Source: Oikopleura dioica (Eukaryota; Animalia; Chordata). Taken from it: DNA of 64,000 nt. Under the pieces are notes generated by a model. The model was given only the letters and a program-made list of their open reading frames with translations, made no database searches and had not been told where the DNA came from. Each line of letters opens with the position of its first letter. Within the stretch, counting starts at the first letter, position 1. Shown here in pieces: positions 37,477 through 51,592 of this stretch. The stretch is from NCBI GenBank assembly GCA_907165135.1, contig OU015567.1, positions 1,798,001 to 1,862,000 of the forward strand, written 5' to 3'. Position numbers and translations under genes: made by a program.

Positions 37477-39036
37477 CTAGGGCAAAATTTTTCTGCCAAA
37501 AAATTAAGCCTTTGAAAATTGAAATTCCTGTTCTCGTCGAAAATAAATGTAAATTTGCACCATGTTGCGCGGTACTTGATAATTAATAAAAGAACAAAAA
37601 AGAGCGAGAGTTATGAAAAAATAAGGTCATTTGAGGTCCCTTTTGTCTGAGGCGGGAGAATCGAGTTTATAGCGCTCGAAATGAATTTAGATTTGATTAG
37701 TAAAATTTACGAGAGGAAGCGAAGAAAGCGATGGAAGGGTCAAGAGACAGTTTTCTTACGTCAGGTTCGTTACAGTAGTCGTGCAAACGTCTCGAATACG
37801 TTCGTCTGCTCTTTGAGATTTACATGAGTTCACAGGGTCAGAAAGGTCATTTACCATGAAGCAGGCATTTTTTATTGATTCTATTAAATAAATATATATT
37901 TATATTAAATATATTTATTCAATTGAAATATTTTAATTGAGTATTTTGAAGTAAGAAATAAGTAGGCCAAAATTCAAAACATCAATTTGTTTTTGTTTAA
38001 ACATGCTCTTATATGTACTTATAATTAGAAAATTCGGAGCGTACACACCCATCTCGAAACTCATGCGATATTTGTTCATAATGACCTTGCCGAAAAATCC
38101 AAAATCTGCTGACCCATTTTTTGTTTTATCGAAAGTCAAACTTATTGACTGTCTATACTTGGTAAGACTTGGGAAATTCTGGTTTGAGCCGCAAATATTA
38201 GTGACATCGCAGTAAGATTTTTGTTTTCAGTGTGTTCAAGAAAAGGAATAAAAAATAAAAGTAGGTAAAATAAGAGCTAGTAGGACCTGAAAATCAGCGA
38301 TTGAAACGAGTATGGTTTTTTGCTTTATCCCTCGCTTTCGAATCCATTTGTTAGAAGGGCAGAAGGAAGTCGCATCTTAGTCTTATTACAAGATACGGAG
38401 ATTTCCTTTTCAACTTTTGGTTTGTCGACAAAAACTACTGACTTTCAAGAAGTCGCAGGGTTTAGTTATATCAAATGATTATGGTACTCTATTCTCCGTG
38501 TAATCTGACAATGACTTCTCTAGTATCAAGAATTGTTATTCACAAATGGCTTTTAATTAATGATCAGGGATCGTATGTCTCCAGTTTTGACAGATCGACA
38601 GAACGTAGACATGAATAATAAAGGTTCTTTATTTTATTAAAACTGGCCCTTACTTATTTTTTACTTTGGCAAGATAAGAGAGGATAATTTTGCCCGTGGG
38701 AAAACCTGAAAAACTCCTTTGTTCAAAATTTTTATTATTTCATTTTTCCGTGTTTTTGCTCGAAATATCGTTCCGATCTCCCAGCCGAGATTCAGCGAAC
38801 AAAGAGTTTAAGAGGTTATGAACTTCACTATTTTTTCATGCGGCCGATTTAGTGTTCGTGATCCAATTCCTGCCTGTTACGAATTGTTACGCTAGAATAT
38901 GATAATCCAATTTATTTTAATATAAAAGTCCGTGAAAATCAAGTTTGGCCAAGTAAAAAACCGACTTTTTAGAATTTAAAAATTTCAAATTCAACATTTT
39001 TCAAATTAAGACGAAGCAAAACAAAAGCGTGAAAAG

Positions 39037-40939
39037 ATGAAGGCTTCGACAGTTAATGCAGTCTCGCTATTTTTGGGAATGATCGAAATGCTGCTTTTCG
39101 CAAATATTTTCTACGGCTTTCCCTTTATTCAAAAGATTTTTGAAGAAGAAAAGGTTTACATGAACGAAGTTTGCTCGCCAGGTAGAACATCATTATTCTC
39201 CTCGAAAATGACCAAAAATTCAGATGATATTGTCAATGGCACGTATTGCAAAGAAGCAAAGCTAGAAATCGGCAAAATTTGGACGTACGGCGTCGTTTTC
39301 TCCTGCACCGGTCCGCTCGTTTTTGGAACGCTTGTGAACGCCATTGGTACTTCTTGGACTAGACTTATCGCTGGAGGTTCTGCTACCGTGGGTCTCTTAC
39401 TGATGAGCTTCTACAAAACTTATTCTGCCCTCCTCCTTCCCGGAGTTATCTTAGGTGAGAAAAAAATAAACGGAAATAATTCTCATCGTTGATTTCAGTT
39501 GCTTTCCCATCAATTGCCTGGATCATGCTCAACACTTTCATTTCGCCAGTTTACAAGAAAATCACTGTCATTCTCATCGTCATCATTCCTGGTTTGATCA
39601 ATTCTTCCGCTACATCAATGCTCATCGCTAAGAAATTATATGAGTCCTCAAATGGAGAAAGTAAGTCTTTTGAAACAAATTATCTTTTTGATCGCTTATT
39701 TAATCCTAACCCTAACCAAAATTCGCCATTTAACCCTTTTAAATTTCTTCTTATAGTTGGTTTGGAAACTGTTTTCTCCCTCCTCTGTATCCTATCAATC
39801 CTGATCCACATCCGAACTCTCTTCTTGATGCCATCCCGCCCAATTCCGAAAAACATTCATGACAACTACAACTTGTTCAAAGAATCCCTCGTCATGAGTT
39901 TCTGCAAAAGCACGGTGAAGACAGAAAAGATGGAAAAGCCAAAACGACCTTCTGCCAGCTCACATTTGAAATTTTGCAAAACTGGGGCATTCCTGGTTTA
40001 CTTGGTTTACTACACCATCGTCACTTTCAGGTAAAAGATAGCCACGAAATCATGTTTATTCATGGATCCGTTCAGAATCAACACCATTCGTGGCTGGATG
40101 ACAACCTGGATTAAACATGCATACGAAGGAGTTAAGACCAATTGTTCGACAGAAGAATGCGTTGCCGAAGTCGATGGGACAATTTCTTTCCTGATCGATA
40201 TTAATGGGTACGCTTACTTCTCTCTTGCCCTGATTCCGCTTATCCCTGCTTTTATCATCAAAGCTATTGGCAACTCATACCCCGAGGGATACAAATTTGG
40301 AGAACTCAGAGCCAAGGTAAACAAAAATTCAAAGAAAAAAAAGTTCCCTTTCAAAGTTATGTAATCCGCATGAATCTCTTTAAAAACTCTACAGTTCTTT
40401 TAAAATTCTCTTTTCAGCTCGGAGGCATGATTTTTATGATGACATTTTGCGCTGGCGTCTCTTTGTTGTGCTCGTTTTTGATGACCCTGACCGTCTCTTC
40501 CGCAGATTCATACATCCTCGCCATTTCGAACATTGCTCTGTCCGTTTTTATCGTCCCGCTTCATTATTCAACACCTTGGCTGGTAAAAATCATTATTTAT
40601 TTTGCCCTTTTAAACATTTCTTAGCTTCTTTTCTCCTACTTCCCGCCGCAGTTCGTTCAATTCCTCTACGCTCTCATGACGATTCCCTCCATCCTCGTCT
40701 CCTTCCTCAACACTCCTCTGTACAACATGATCCTCGGGGAAGAGGACTCCATCAACTTTGGCCCAGTTTCTCTCTACCTCGGTCTTTGCTCAGCGCTTAC
40801 GTGGATTTGCTCCGTCTACCTTTGGTTCGACTCTCGAAAACTGATCAAAAAGAAAGAAGAAGAAGAGAAGAATACTCTCTATTCGCCCGAAAAGAATCTA
40901 ATTGACAGTAATCGTGATGATGAAGTCGTCAAAGCCTGA
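39037..40939 (+). CDS. SLC43A: SLC43-family (LAT3/LAT4/SLC43A3-like) MFS transporter
   Basis: N-terminal LFLGMIEMLLFANIFYGFPFIQKIFEEEKVY..C motif typical of SLC43; about 12 hydrophobic segments over GT-AG-joined exons. Confidence 0.75.
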
Positions 40940-41048
40940 ATCATCATAACATATTCCTTTTCTATTTATTGTCTTATAATAAATGTATATTTCTTTATGT
41001 ATCTGATATTGACTTATTAAAATAACAAATTCAAGGCTTTTTACAAGT

Positions 41049-42630
41049 TTATTTAAACTCATACTCATGGCTTTTGTCAGGTTTACCGGGCGAGTAATTT
41101 GTCAGATGTCGGTTTTCTTTCGATCTCGGCGAAATTGCAAATGCCCATAATATGTTAAGAATCAAGCAAAGTCCAAAAATGATGAAAGGTGTGATGTTAA
41201 TAAAAGGATCGACGCCTCTTACAAATTTCATAAGCAGGTAGGTTCCGACGAGGAATGAAATATGCTCGAAATGAATAAGAACTGTATTGAAGATTCCCTA
41301 AAAATTATAAACAAAAATCAAAATCTGTGGATTACCAAAAAGCGAGAATCATCATCCAAATCATAGTAAAGTATCTTCGACAGCGAGTTCATCTTTTCTT
41401 CCCGAGGATTCTTGAGATTAATAAGGAATAGAGCGAGTAAATGAAACAAGATTGGAAGCCCAAATCCAATAAATATCCCGAGAGATCCCCATATCTCATC
41501 GATTTCGTTCAAAGCAAAAAGGAGAAAATAGGCTCTTGTGAAAATTTGCAATAGAAACTTAAAATAATTAAACAATATGATTCAAGTCTTGACAAACCAT
41601 AATAAAAATATATCCAACACGAAAGGCACTCAATTTGTTCTCATATTGTAGTACTTTCTTTTTTGTCGTGATTGCCCAAGAAAGAGATAAAAGAGAAAAA
41701 TATAACGACATCACATGCAAGAGAACGTCAATAGCATTTCCTTCTTTAATTGGCTCACAATAAAGATTATCCGGTTTAACGGGGTCTTCGGGCCTTTTGC
41801 ACACATTCAGAATATGAAATTGTAGAAAAAGCTACACAAAATTTATTCTTATCGTTATAGTGGAAATTTGTATACCTGAGGAGCAGATTCAAGTGATGCT
41901 ATAATGAACTTCACACTCATTAATTCTTTCAGAGCATTTAAGTCCTTTTTTGATTCACCATTTTTCCAAATTTGATAAACAGGACCCATTAAAACACAAT
42001 GAAGAAGTTTAACCAGAAAGGATCCTCTCTCCTCTTCCGTCAAATTTGTTGATTGATAAGATGAAATACCAGATAAAATCCCAGCAAATAATACGATTGT
42101 AATTGTTATTGATCCCCATAAGTAATTCTCCGTGACAAAATATTTTATTCCAAGATAAATATCGGATCTTAAAAACTTTAAATAAAGTTATCTTTCGCCG
42201 CTGTTTACCCGAAGTCGAGAATGTAAAGGGCAATCGCAAAACACACTTTCGCAGTCGTCAGGGCATTTCGATTTGATCGAGTAAGAAAAACAAAAAGCGT
42301 CAGAAAAGATAATATAATAAAGAGTGGCATGAAAAGATATGATTGACTTTTTTCCATCAAAAAATTATTGATCCAATTTTTCTTGTTACCATAAATACTC
42401 TGGTAAACCGCGTAAAGTTCGTCCTTTGGATCAATCGGTTTACAGTAGAGATCTGCATCTGTTTGATTGTGCGGAATATTTGGACATCTTCGCCCAAGAG
42501 GGTCGATGAGAAATGGCAAAGCAGCTCCACTTCCCCTTGGACTATCATCGTCATGCACATACCATGAATGAACCTGAATCCAACCATCGTCGTAATAAGG
42601 AAATAAAGCCTCCTTAGGGCTTGAGTCCAC
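41049..42630 (-). CDS. XKR: XK-related (XKR) membrane protein / putative scramblase
   Basis: Spliced motifs ILDFG|SDIY and SLESAPQ|LFLQFHIL, characteristic of the XK family; multiple TM segments. Confidence 0.82.
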
Positions 42631-44111
42631 TCGGACTCTGCTGAGTCCTCGTGGATAATGGTGTACTCCCTGTCTTTCTCTAATAATGCTGGCTTCTGCT
42701 GGATAAAAAGATATTGTTGTTTATATAGCGCTTTATTAGACCGATGTTGAAGGTCTTTGTTAATCAGATAATAACTGTATAACTTGATAATAAGCTGATA
42801 ATAATCTGATTATAACTTGATGATGTTGACAGTGAAGTACAGGCTTTATATAGTCAGTGAATGGTGGGGGTACAGAGTAAAGTGTCGCTGTTGAGTGACT
42901 TATTGCTGCCACCGGAAGTGGACAGGAGAATCTGACAATAGGATCAGGATGAAGCTGGAGTTGTGATAGGCGGAAGCGCGCGCCGCGGGCCGGATGTGAT
43001 AAGGCGGCGGGCGTCCATTGTTATTATGATCTAGATGACTCCTGATGTTATGAGTCATAGGAAAGGAATTCGCGTAGATGGGATTAAGTGGCAATACGTC
43101 GAATACAAACGTAGAATACCGTGTGCCAGACCGTGCCATGATACTCTCTATTTTTTTCGATAATGTCACTTTTTACGCCAAGATGCGTTTATTTTTATGT
43201 ACCTTATTGTTATTTCGGTGAAAAGAGTCCCACTTTATTTTACAATCTCATCGCCTCACCGACCTCATTGGCTAGAATTTAATTTGAGAATCATGAATCT
43301 TATTCATAATACTCGACCCAAAAATAGGCACATTTAAATATCTGTCCCGTTCTAAGTCCAGAATCTAAAATAAGAGCACTTGTCAAACCAGCCCCTCAGA
43401 AATCGCCGCTGAACGCGATTTAGTCAGGATCGAGGCATATTAAACGCGTCGGACGTGTGGTATAAACTTACTTTTCACGAATTAGTCTTTGCATATATTA
43501 ATATTGCAAGAAAGAAGGCCGTTTGGCAGGATTTGAAGAGTTGATATTATCTTTTTCAAAATAAGTGAAAGCAGTGAACATGGACTTTTTGAAGCTTTTA
43601 GGCATTTTTGTTGCAGTTCTTTCAGGTAAAAAGTGACTAGGGCAAAATTTACCGTACTTACTGTAATCATTCATACTTAGGGGAAACATCTGGAGAACTA
43701 GTGCAAAAAAGATGGGGAGAAATCAACCCTTGGTACTCTAGAATGCACTCTCTAACAAAAAATGGCAGAAACACGAACCGCTATTTCCTAAATTCTTTCA
43801 TTCTAGGTTTTATTTAAAAATTTGTCAAATTTCGCGATATATAAAACCTTGATAAGAACTCAATTCGTCAATTCGAAGAACCCAAAAGCGAAGTTTTTCT
43901 GAAGCTCCCAAGAATAAACCAATCACAAGAATAGACATAATCTCTCCTTATTTCTTCCGTGACATAATTACAAAAATATCTTTTATTCAATCAAACACTA
44001 AAAATATATCATCGCCACCGGCATTTTCTTTCATCATATGCTGATTGCAACCATTTCATAATCACATTCACTTTTGCGAGAAGAAGTAGCATCGAGAAAA
44101 AAAATTGAGAG

Positions 44112-45341
44112 ATGAAAAATATTATCAGCACAATTTTTGTCGCTCTCGCAAATGGAGAAAAATTCGGATCATCAGAGGTTTCAAAGGACTTGAAATTTGG
44201 ATGGGACCTGAAAAATGTAAGTTTTTTCTATCGATAAAATGAAAAATAAGGGTCTTCTTCACCCATTGAAAGGACATTTCTTCACAAAAAATTCTAGAAC
44301 TGCGGACCAAGGCCTCAAGGACCCCGCTACCCAGAACCTCCGGTCGCCTCCTCCGGCGACCCAAATGAAAACAAGTCATGTGACATCATCACCGATGCTC
44401 AGTACATTTCTGGTTACAAATGCGAAGCGCCTTGCCAAGCAGATCAGGAAATAGTCGTCGAAATCAACTGCAACTGCCACACTTCGATGGGTCCCCTGCA
44501 GTTTATCAAACAATGCGAGTGGGAATTCGTCGACGGAAAGAAATGTCCTTCTTTGAAGGTAAAAATCATCCATGCTTTCATCCTCTTATTCCTCGATTTC
44601 AGCCTTTTCAAAAAGAATTCGACTGGGAGTGCGACCCAAGATTTCACAACTGCCCTGGTCCTCAGTACAGATCGGTAAACCGCGGCCCTTTAGCTTCTCC
44701 GAGACCTGCAGTTCAATCAACCAGGGACAGGCCTGCTTTTCAACCAAAAATTGCGGACCGTGGTCAAAGGGTCCCAACCGATCAAGAGGAAGGATCCCTC
44801 AAAATTGAGCCAATTGGTGATCATGGAGACCTAATTACTCAGGTACTTATTTCGAAATCGAAATAAAAAGATGATAAAACTGGCTTTAGAAAGAAAAAGT
44901 TAATGGAACGACTTCAATCACGAACATCATCGATTTTGCCCCAGTCTTCTCCAAGCTCTTCCACGGTCTCGAAGAAGGCGAAAAAGGAGAAACCGAAGAA
45001 TACAATCAGCCTCGAAAGCGATCTCTCCGAGACCACTACGAGTCAGAATACCCAGATTACGACATGAACTACTACGGCGATTTCTCCACGCAGAACATTT
45101 TCAAGCAGATAACCAAAGAAAGCCTCAATGTCCAACGAAGAGTAAGCCCATTTTGATCTCCTTGAAATTGATTGAAAAATTCTAGCTCGCTCGAACAATT
45201 GCTCAACGAAATCACCTGCGTCATGTGAAAGAATCGTTGACTAAAAAGCTCGAGTCGGTTCTTGATCTCGTAACAGAATACGAAGGTTCTTCCGGAAATG
45301 AAGATTTAGCGACTTTGATTGCGGAAATTCAAGCGACCTAA
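44112..45341 (+). CDS. Secreted Cys-rich protein, lineage-specific
   Basis: Signal peptide MKNIISTIFVALANG; CGPRPQGPRYPEPP...CDIITD...CEAPC...CNC...CEWEFVDGKKC; exons joinable through GT-AG introns. Confidence 0.6.
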
Positions 45342-46215
45342 AACTGATGAATCCTTTTCTCATTGTACATTCATTTTTTGTCAGAATTAATAAATATTCC
45401 TTTTGAAATATAAAATACGTCATCATAAATTTGAAATAATTGTTGAATTCATTTTTCCTGAACCTCATCATAAATTATATTGACTGCTATTACTCGTTAC
45501 CTTTCACCTAAAATAAATAACTCAATTATTAGGAAACCTGTAAATTTATATTTCATCAAAATGACCAAAGGTTTATGGTGTTCATATCCGACTAAAACTC
45601 GCGTGACCTAAAACGCTTGCTTTACAATCCAAAAATCGGTTGGATTTGTCGGCTCGTTAAGAAAATCCAGGTGCTTGTTCCTCTCCTCTTCTCTCTAGTT
45701 TTGATAAGAAGTCTGCGCCAAACCTGCGCCGGTATCGTTGCCCGCGGCGAGCCTCGTCCCTCCTAGCGCAAGTACAAAACATTCGATTTCAAAAGCCCAA
45801 AATACACCCAAATCTCACAATTTTTTTAATAATGAGTTGATAAGAGAATAATTTTAGTAATCAGAAGATAATTTAATAAAGAAAATGCCGAAAAATTATA
45901 TAATGATGATGCCTAAAAAGACGAAGAAAAAGAAGGAATGTGTTTTTTATTCTAAAAATTAAGCCGAAACCTGATTTAAGTATTTTATGCGCGAAATTTG
46001 ACTAAAAATTTTTTGAAAATCTACATTTTTGGAATTTTTTTTATGTCTGCAAGAATAATTTTGAGCATTTCGGACCAAAAAATTAAATAATTTTTTTTAT
46101 TTTAATTTAAAAATTTCTTTAATTTTTCACTCAAAAATTTTAAGAAAATGAATTTTCATGAAAATTTATAAGAAAAACACAGAAAAAGCGTGAGCATCCC
46201 GATTTTATCCGTTGG

Positions 46216-48554
46216 ATGCTGAATCTCGTTGTCCCCTTACTCACGCTCTTCGGTATCCTCAACCTTGTTATCTCCGGGGAAGCAATAGAAGGCTTCTTTA
46301 GCTATTTCAAAGACAGCAGTCCGGGCGCTGCGACGAATTACGTTGGCTCAGACGGAATTATCATCCATGGAAAAGCGGCTCCGGCGAAAACGGACACCCA
46401 AATCGACCCGAGCAAACTTCAACCTGTCGTTCAAGAGCTTCTTCTCAAATCACAACAGACGGGGCAAGATCTAAATCTGAACAATCAACAATCCGATTAC
46501 GAAAAACAGCTTCAATACCAACAACAGCAGTTCCAGCAGCAGCAGCAACAGCAACAGGTTCAAAACCCCCCTCAATATGGCCAAATCGGCTCTGGAAATG
46601 CAGCAAATATACTCAACTCAATGACAGAGAGAAATCTGCTGGATCCATCGCCGATTAAAATGTCCCAATTTCGAGAACTCGGAGCTGATCCGGAAAATGA
46701 CCTGGATGAGACAAACACAAACCAGGATGATGATTTCCGACCAGGGCTGGATTTTGATAACATGCAGTTTCCAGAGTCCTCGAAGGTTCAGTCGCATGAG
46801 TGTCCCAATTTGGACGGGCATGACTGGAGCGAGAATATTCAGCCGAAATACGAAAGCCATCCGTGGAGATTTCTCATGCCAGTGCTTTACTATGGCCCGA
46901 ATAATCAAATCCACGGCCTTCGAGAATCGATCATTCTAGCGATTAAGCTCAATAGAACTCTCGCCCTTCCTCCTTTCCACAAACATGCATCTCTCGTCGC
47001 AGAGAACACGCCTTTCTCAGACCTGGTTGAAGCGACTCATAGAATCGACGAACGAGCGTTGAGACATCTTGTGAAAATTGTCCGACTTGATGAGTTGAGG
47101 CAAAAATGCGGAACGTGGTTTGGAAATGCGTTTTTGACCAGACAGTTGAGCTGCCAGCCGAATATGTTCGAGCGACTTTTCTCGTTTGAATACTACACTC
47201 AGGTTCGATCCTTATTTTCTTCAATGATAGTATTTCTATTCTAGATCCATCTGCTGAAATACCACACGTGGGAAGATTTCAAAAAGAACCAGGGTGCCAA
47301 TTGCGAGCTGCTTCATTCCCCGTCTCTTCCTCCTCAAACAGCTCTTGCTGATAAAAGGGCAATTCAACTCCCAAGGAGCGTTTTGTCAACAAATTTTCAT
47401 CATGAAGATCATTTTCTTTTCTTATGTTCTTTGTTAAAAAACGCAGAAAAGCTCGACAGAGGACTTGAAAAAGATGTATTTTTCGAACGAAAGATGCGCC
47501 GCGCTAGTTTTTCCGTTCAAAAACTTCAATTTCGATCCGATCGTTCTCAAGGCGCAGGGAGATAAGCTCACGCCAGAAATGAGGAGCTTGATGGAGGATG
47601 TGATTAATGCCACTCCTCGGCCTCCTTACATCAAGGTAGTTATTTAATAACATGAAAAGGGGTTGTTAAATTGAGTTTGTTAAGGACGTCGCAACGATGT
47701 TTATCGACGAAGTAATTCGACAAGGGGATTTTATTGGAATCCACTGGAGATACGACCTCGATGATTGGATGACTATCAATTGCAAGGTAAGGTCACCAGC
47801 TTGCTTCTTGAATGCTCATATTGTAGGATGGCGTTCAAGGCTTCATGGGACAAAAATGTCAACAGATTCACAGCGCAAGAGCTGACCCGAGCATTCTTGC
47901 TAGAGGAGTCGCCAAAATCGTCCAATATCTTGGAGAAAAGGGAGCAACAAGGTAAGAATTGATTGTTTTCTATTCAAAAAGGGTCGTTTTTAGGTCGAAA
48001 ATTGTATATATTGCTACGCCGCTCGCAGAAGAAGATATGATCGAGAAGATAAAATTATGGCTTGAACAAAATTCATCAATAAAGGTATTAATTAATACAA
48101 TTATTAAAATACAATATGTATGTATTGACACCGGACTTTCCCTGCTTGTTGCCTACAGATGATTTGTAGTTTGTTAAATTCAACTTATTAGGAAATTTTA
48201 AATACAAAATTTCTGCAAAGTTTCAGGTCTTATGGTCTCGCCATCTGCAAACTTTTTTCGACCATTTTTATCAAAACTGCGATGTTGTGAACAGAGACTG
48301 GTTGGATTTACTCTCTCTTTTGGAACAAGAAGTTGTTTACAGGACCGGGCACTTGAATTTTACTGACGAATATTTTGTCGCAAAAAGATAATCATTAACT
48401 TATCATTTCGACCAAGAATATTAAGCCCTGCAACAGAAGTACAGTATTCATCCGATCAGTAGTCTCAAGCTGGTCCCTGAATGTCCAGCTCCAACGATCC
48501 GTGGAAAATCGAGACAAATTCGACGTCACAAATTGGCGTCTTCTAGGGACATAA
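46216..48554 (+). CDS. GDP-fucose O-fucosyltransferase-family glycosyltransferase with Gln-rich stem
   Basis: FLMPVLYYGPNNQIHGLRESIILAIKLNRTLALPPF, FIGIHWRY, VYIATP, LSLLEQEVVYR|STVFIRSVVSSWS. Confidence 0.82.
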
Positions 48555-48780
48555 TTCTAGAAAAAAAACAACAATTCATATGCAGAATCAACCGCCTCAA
48601 GCCATCAAAACCGTATCTATAAGAAAATAATTTGTACAGTCAACATGTACGAACCTTGTAAACTTTGAAAAACAGCAAACTGCTTATATACAGAAAAATG
48701 CAACTGCCAAAAACAATCAACCTGTAAAATATTATTTTATTTATCTATTGAGTTACACCAATAATATACTCGAAACTTCT

Positions 48781-49797
48781 TCAAAATTTATTTCGATTGA
48801 CAAAATCAGTCAATGCAGAAAATATGTCCATTGCAAGTTCCGGGTCCCAGTAATCTGAAGACTCAGAAGAGTCGGAAGAATCAGAAGAGTCAGAAGAATC
48901 TGATGTCGAAGTAGTTGTTGTCGTTGATGTGGTGGTTGTTGTAATTGTGGTGGTAGTTGCATCAGCTTTATTAATTTGAGCAACACAAGTTTCGAACATT
49001 CTTTCTGCTTCTGATTTTGCTTGTCTTAGCTGAGAAATTTTCGCATCACATTGAAGCTTGGCTGCATTTTGAGTTGATTTTAACTGTTCCATTTCACTTT
49101 CTCTATCTAAGAGCTCAAATCTTAATGTTCGATTGGAACTTCGAAACATAAATAAGACTTTCATTTTTTATAATTTATGTAAAAACTTATGTATAAGCCC
49201 GATTCTTGCCGAGGAAGTTTTTTCCAGATCTCTGTATTTTCTTCTACCTGAATTTTTATTAATAATTTTATTTATCTACTTTAAGTATTTATGGTACTTA
49301 TTCTAAGTTGTAAGACCAAATTATTTATTCTTGTCTTAAATGCGGCGTTATTCTCAGCCAATCGCTCTCGAATAATCCTCTCGATTTCGGGTCTCAGTCT
49401 TAAAATTATTGAAATCGGTTCAAAAAGCAGTTATTCTTCTTACGAATCGAGGCTCGGTGTGCTTTGATTATCAAGCTTTGTACAACTGCATTCTCCAACA
49501 GCAATTTTCAATTCAGAGCTGAAGGAAGTTTTTCGTCAAAAACTGTCATGAAAATAAGCCCTCCTGTTGATGAACCCCCTACCTGCATTTGTCACTACAT
49601 TCTTTCGAGGAGCAATTTTCAACACATCCCTTGAATTCAGCATTTGCTTTCTCTTTGCAAATACGTCCACGCTCTCGCACTCGGAAACCAAATCCATCAC
49701 TCTCGCAAAAATTTTCACAGGAAAAATTTTCGCTACAAATAGCGACATTTTCTGATGAAAGCGTATTTATCAAAAGAAGGAATACTATTCTCAGCAT
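48781..49797 (-). CDS. Putative secreted Cys-rich/coiled-coil/Thr-Ser-repeat protein
   Basis: MLRIVFLLLINTLS signal, CSENFSCENFC...CKEKANAEFKGCVENCSSKECSDKC; downstream coiled coil and TTTT/SDSS tract; linkage of the two parts is inferred. Confidence 0.4.
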
Positions 49798-50223
49798 ATT
49801 TCTTATCCTCAGGAAAAATCATTCTGAGCGAAATAAAAGCGTGTTTATTTGCTCAATAATTTTGGAACTTCCTTCTTTAGTTAGAAAAAAGCGCATTCCT
49901 TTTTTAAATTTATTTTCTTGAGACAGTTTATAATTGTTCTTGAAATGAAAAAAACTGCGCTTGTTACCAAGACAAGTCTCTTTCTCCGTGGAGTACAGTA
50001 AATGACAGTTTATGTAAGACTTTCTTTGGCAACTTGAGTGTGAGGATTTCGGAATGCACCGTGGTACTGACTTGGTCCAGACCAAACAGAAGATTTTGAA
50101 TTGCTTGGTTGCGCTAAGAAGATATTACCTTCAACCGGTGATCCATTGAGTAGTCCTGTGCAGAGTTGTCATTAAAAAGGCAACGTTGAGTAATTTGAAT
50201 CAGTTATAGACAAGCTCTGCCGT

Positions 50224-51304
50224 TCAAAATGACAACTCTGTTCCTGAAGATCCAACCGCACTTTTGAACGCCGTTGCTGCAACGTGATTGCATCCTTTAG
50301 CATTGTAGTCCAAATACGGATCGCAGCAATAGTAGCAAACACTCTCAGTTCCCTTGCCTCGGTGTTGCCATCGTTCAATTGACCCAAATCGCCGATCTCC
50401 CCAACCATTTTGCGACGATTTTCCATTTCCACTTTGCGTATCTTCTTCCATCCACGAAAATCTTCGCCAGGAATCGCTAATTGAACCGCTCGGTATTCCG
50501 CTAGCATAATCCTGCCACGCCCGGTAGTGGCGGCAAAGTCCGCTTCTGACTTCCGTCTGAGATCCTGCTGGAACATACGCTTCATCTACCAGTGTTGCAT
50601 TGTACCCGTGATAGAAAGATTTGCCCATAACAATTTGGTAGTTTTGCCATTGCTGTCTTAGACAGCTTAGGGGTTGCTGACAACCCATTGTTACTTTGAT
50701 CGCGCCATCTGAATTGGCTGGGAAGCCGTTGAGTCGTTCTTGATGATGCCTGGCTTCATCAGCGGACCAAGGAGCGCCGTACTCGAAGTTGAAGTCGTTC
50801 TCGTCGTGTCGGATGATTCGCCGCTCACTGATGAAGCAAAAATAGTCCTCACCCTTTTTTCGGATCAAAAATCATGAAAATCAAACAAATTACAAATATT
50901 TTGATCCATTTTCCTGACAGTACGAGGCTCCATGTCGGAGTGCATCTCCATTCTGAATCGTGTCCGCCAGACAAGCCGTGTATCCAGCGTCGGTGTCGCA
51001 GGTCCAGCAGATTCTTCCGTTCCCAAGGGCTCGAGCAACAGATCCGACTAGTGTTGAATTTCCACCAGATTGGTCAACTTGGGACTTTTGGGTGATCTCT
51101 GGGTACCAGTTTTGATAATAGTCGACAGCTGCTAGTTGCGATAAAACAAGACTTATTTCGGCTTAAAAATTCTAAAAACAATTTCTCTTTTTTTGTTAAA
51201 AGCCGTTTCCTAAAAAGAAAAAGTAAGCGTTTCATCCTGAATTTTATCAATTCAAAAGGCGAAATGGCGAAGAATGAGGATGGAAACGAGGTGATACGGA
51301 GCAT
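50224..51304 (-). CDS. Putative secreted Cys-rich protein with expanded Ly6/uPAR-like cysteine pattern
   Basis: RICWTCDTDAGYTAC...YC|...GCQQPLSC...SVCYYCCDPYLDYNAKGCN (CC-x-CN end). Confidence 0.4.
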
Positions 51305-51592
51305 GAGCCTTGGTTTGATTGACAGAAAAGTTTACAAACAAATATCTGGCCAACAAAATTTTCAATTAGAAGTTTCACGGCAGTTTAGAATGGAACAAAT
51401 GACAAATCTGAACGAAAGAATTTATTCGCATAGGGTTTGAAGATAGGGCCTGAAAGTGCGAAGTTAGTGGTTGACCCCGACGGATCAGAATAAAATAACA
51501 ACCTTGGCTCCTCTCCAAGTTCTTACAACTACTCTAGAAAAGTCAAGCTTTTGCAAATCAGAAGGCAAGCCGATGCCTAATTAAAAAGACGT

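Noticed and set aside
39700-39720. CCTAACCCTAACC telomere-like repeat in an SLC43 intron
   Set aside because: Only about 2 units; compatible with chance or a MITE remnant.
47200-47215. GGTTCGATCC resembling a tRNA T-loop
   Set aside because: It is a splice donor of the fucosyltransferase gene; no cloverleaf or A-box.
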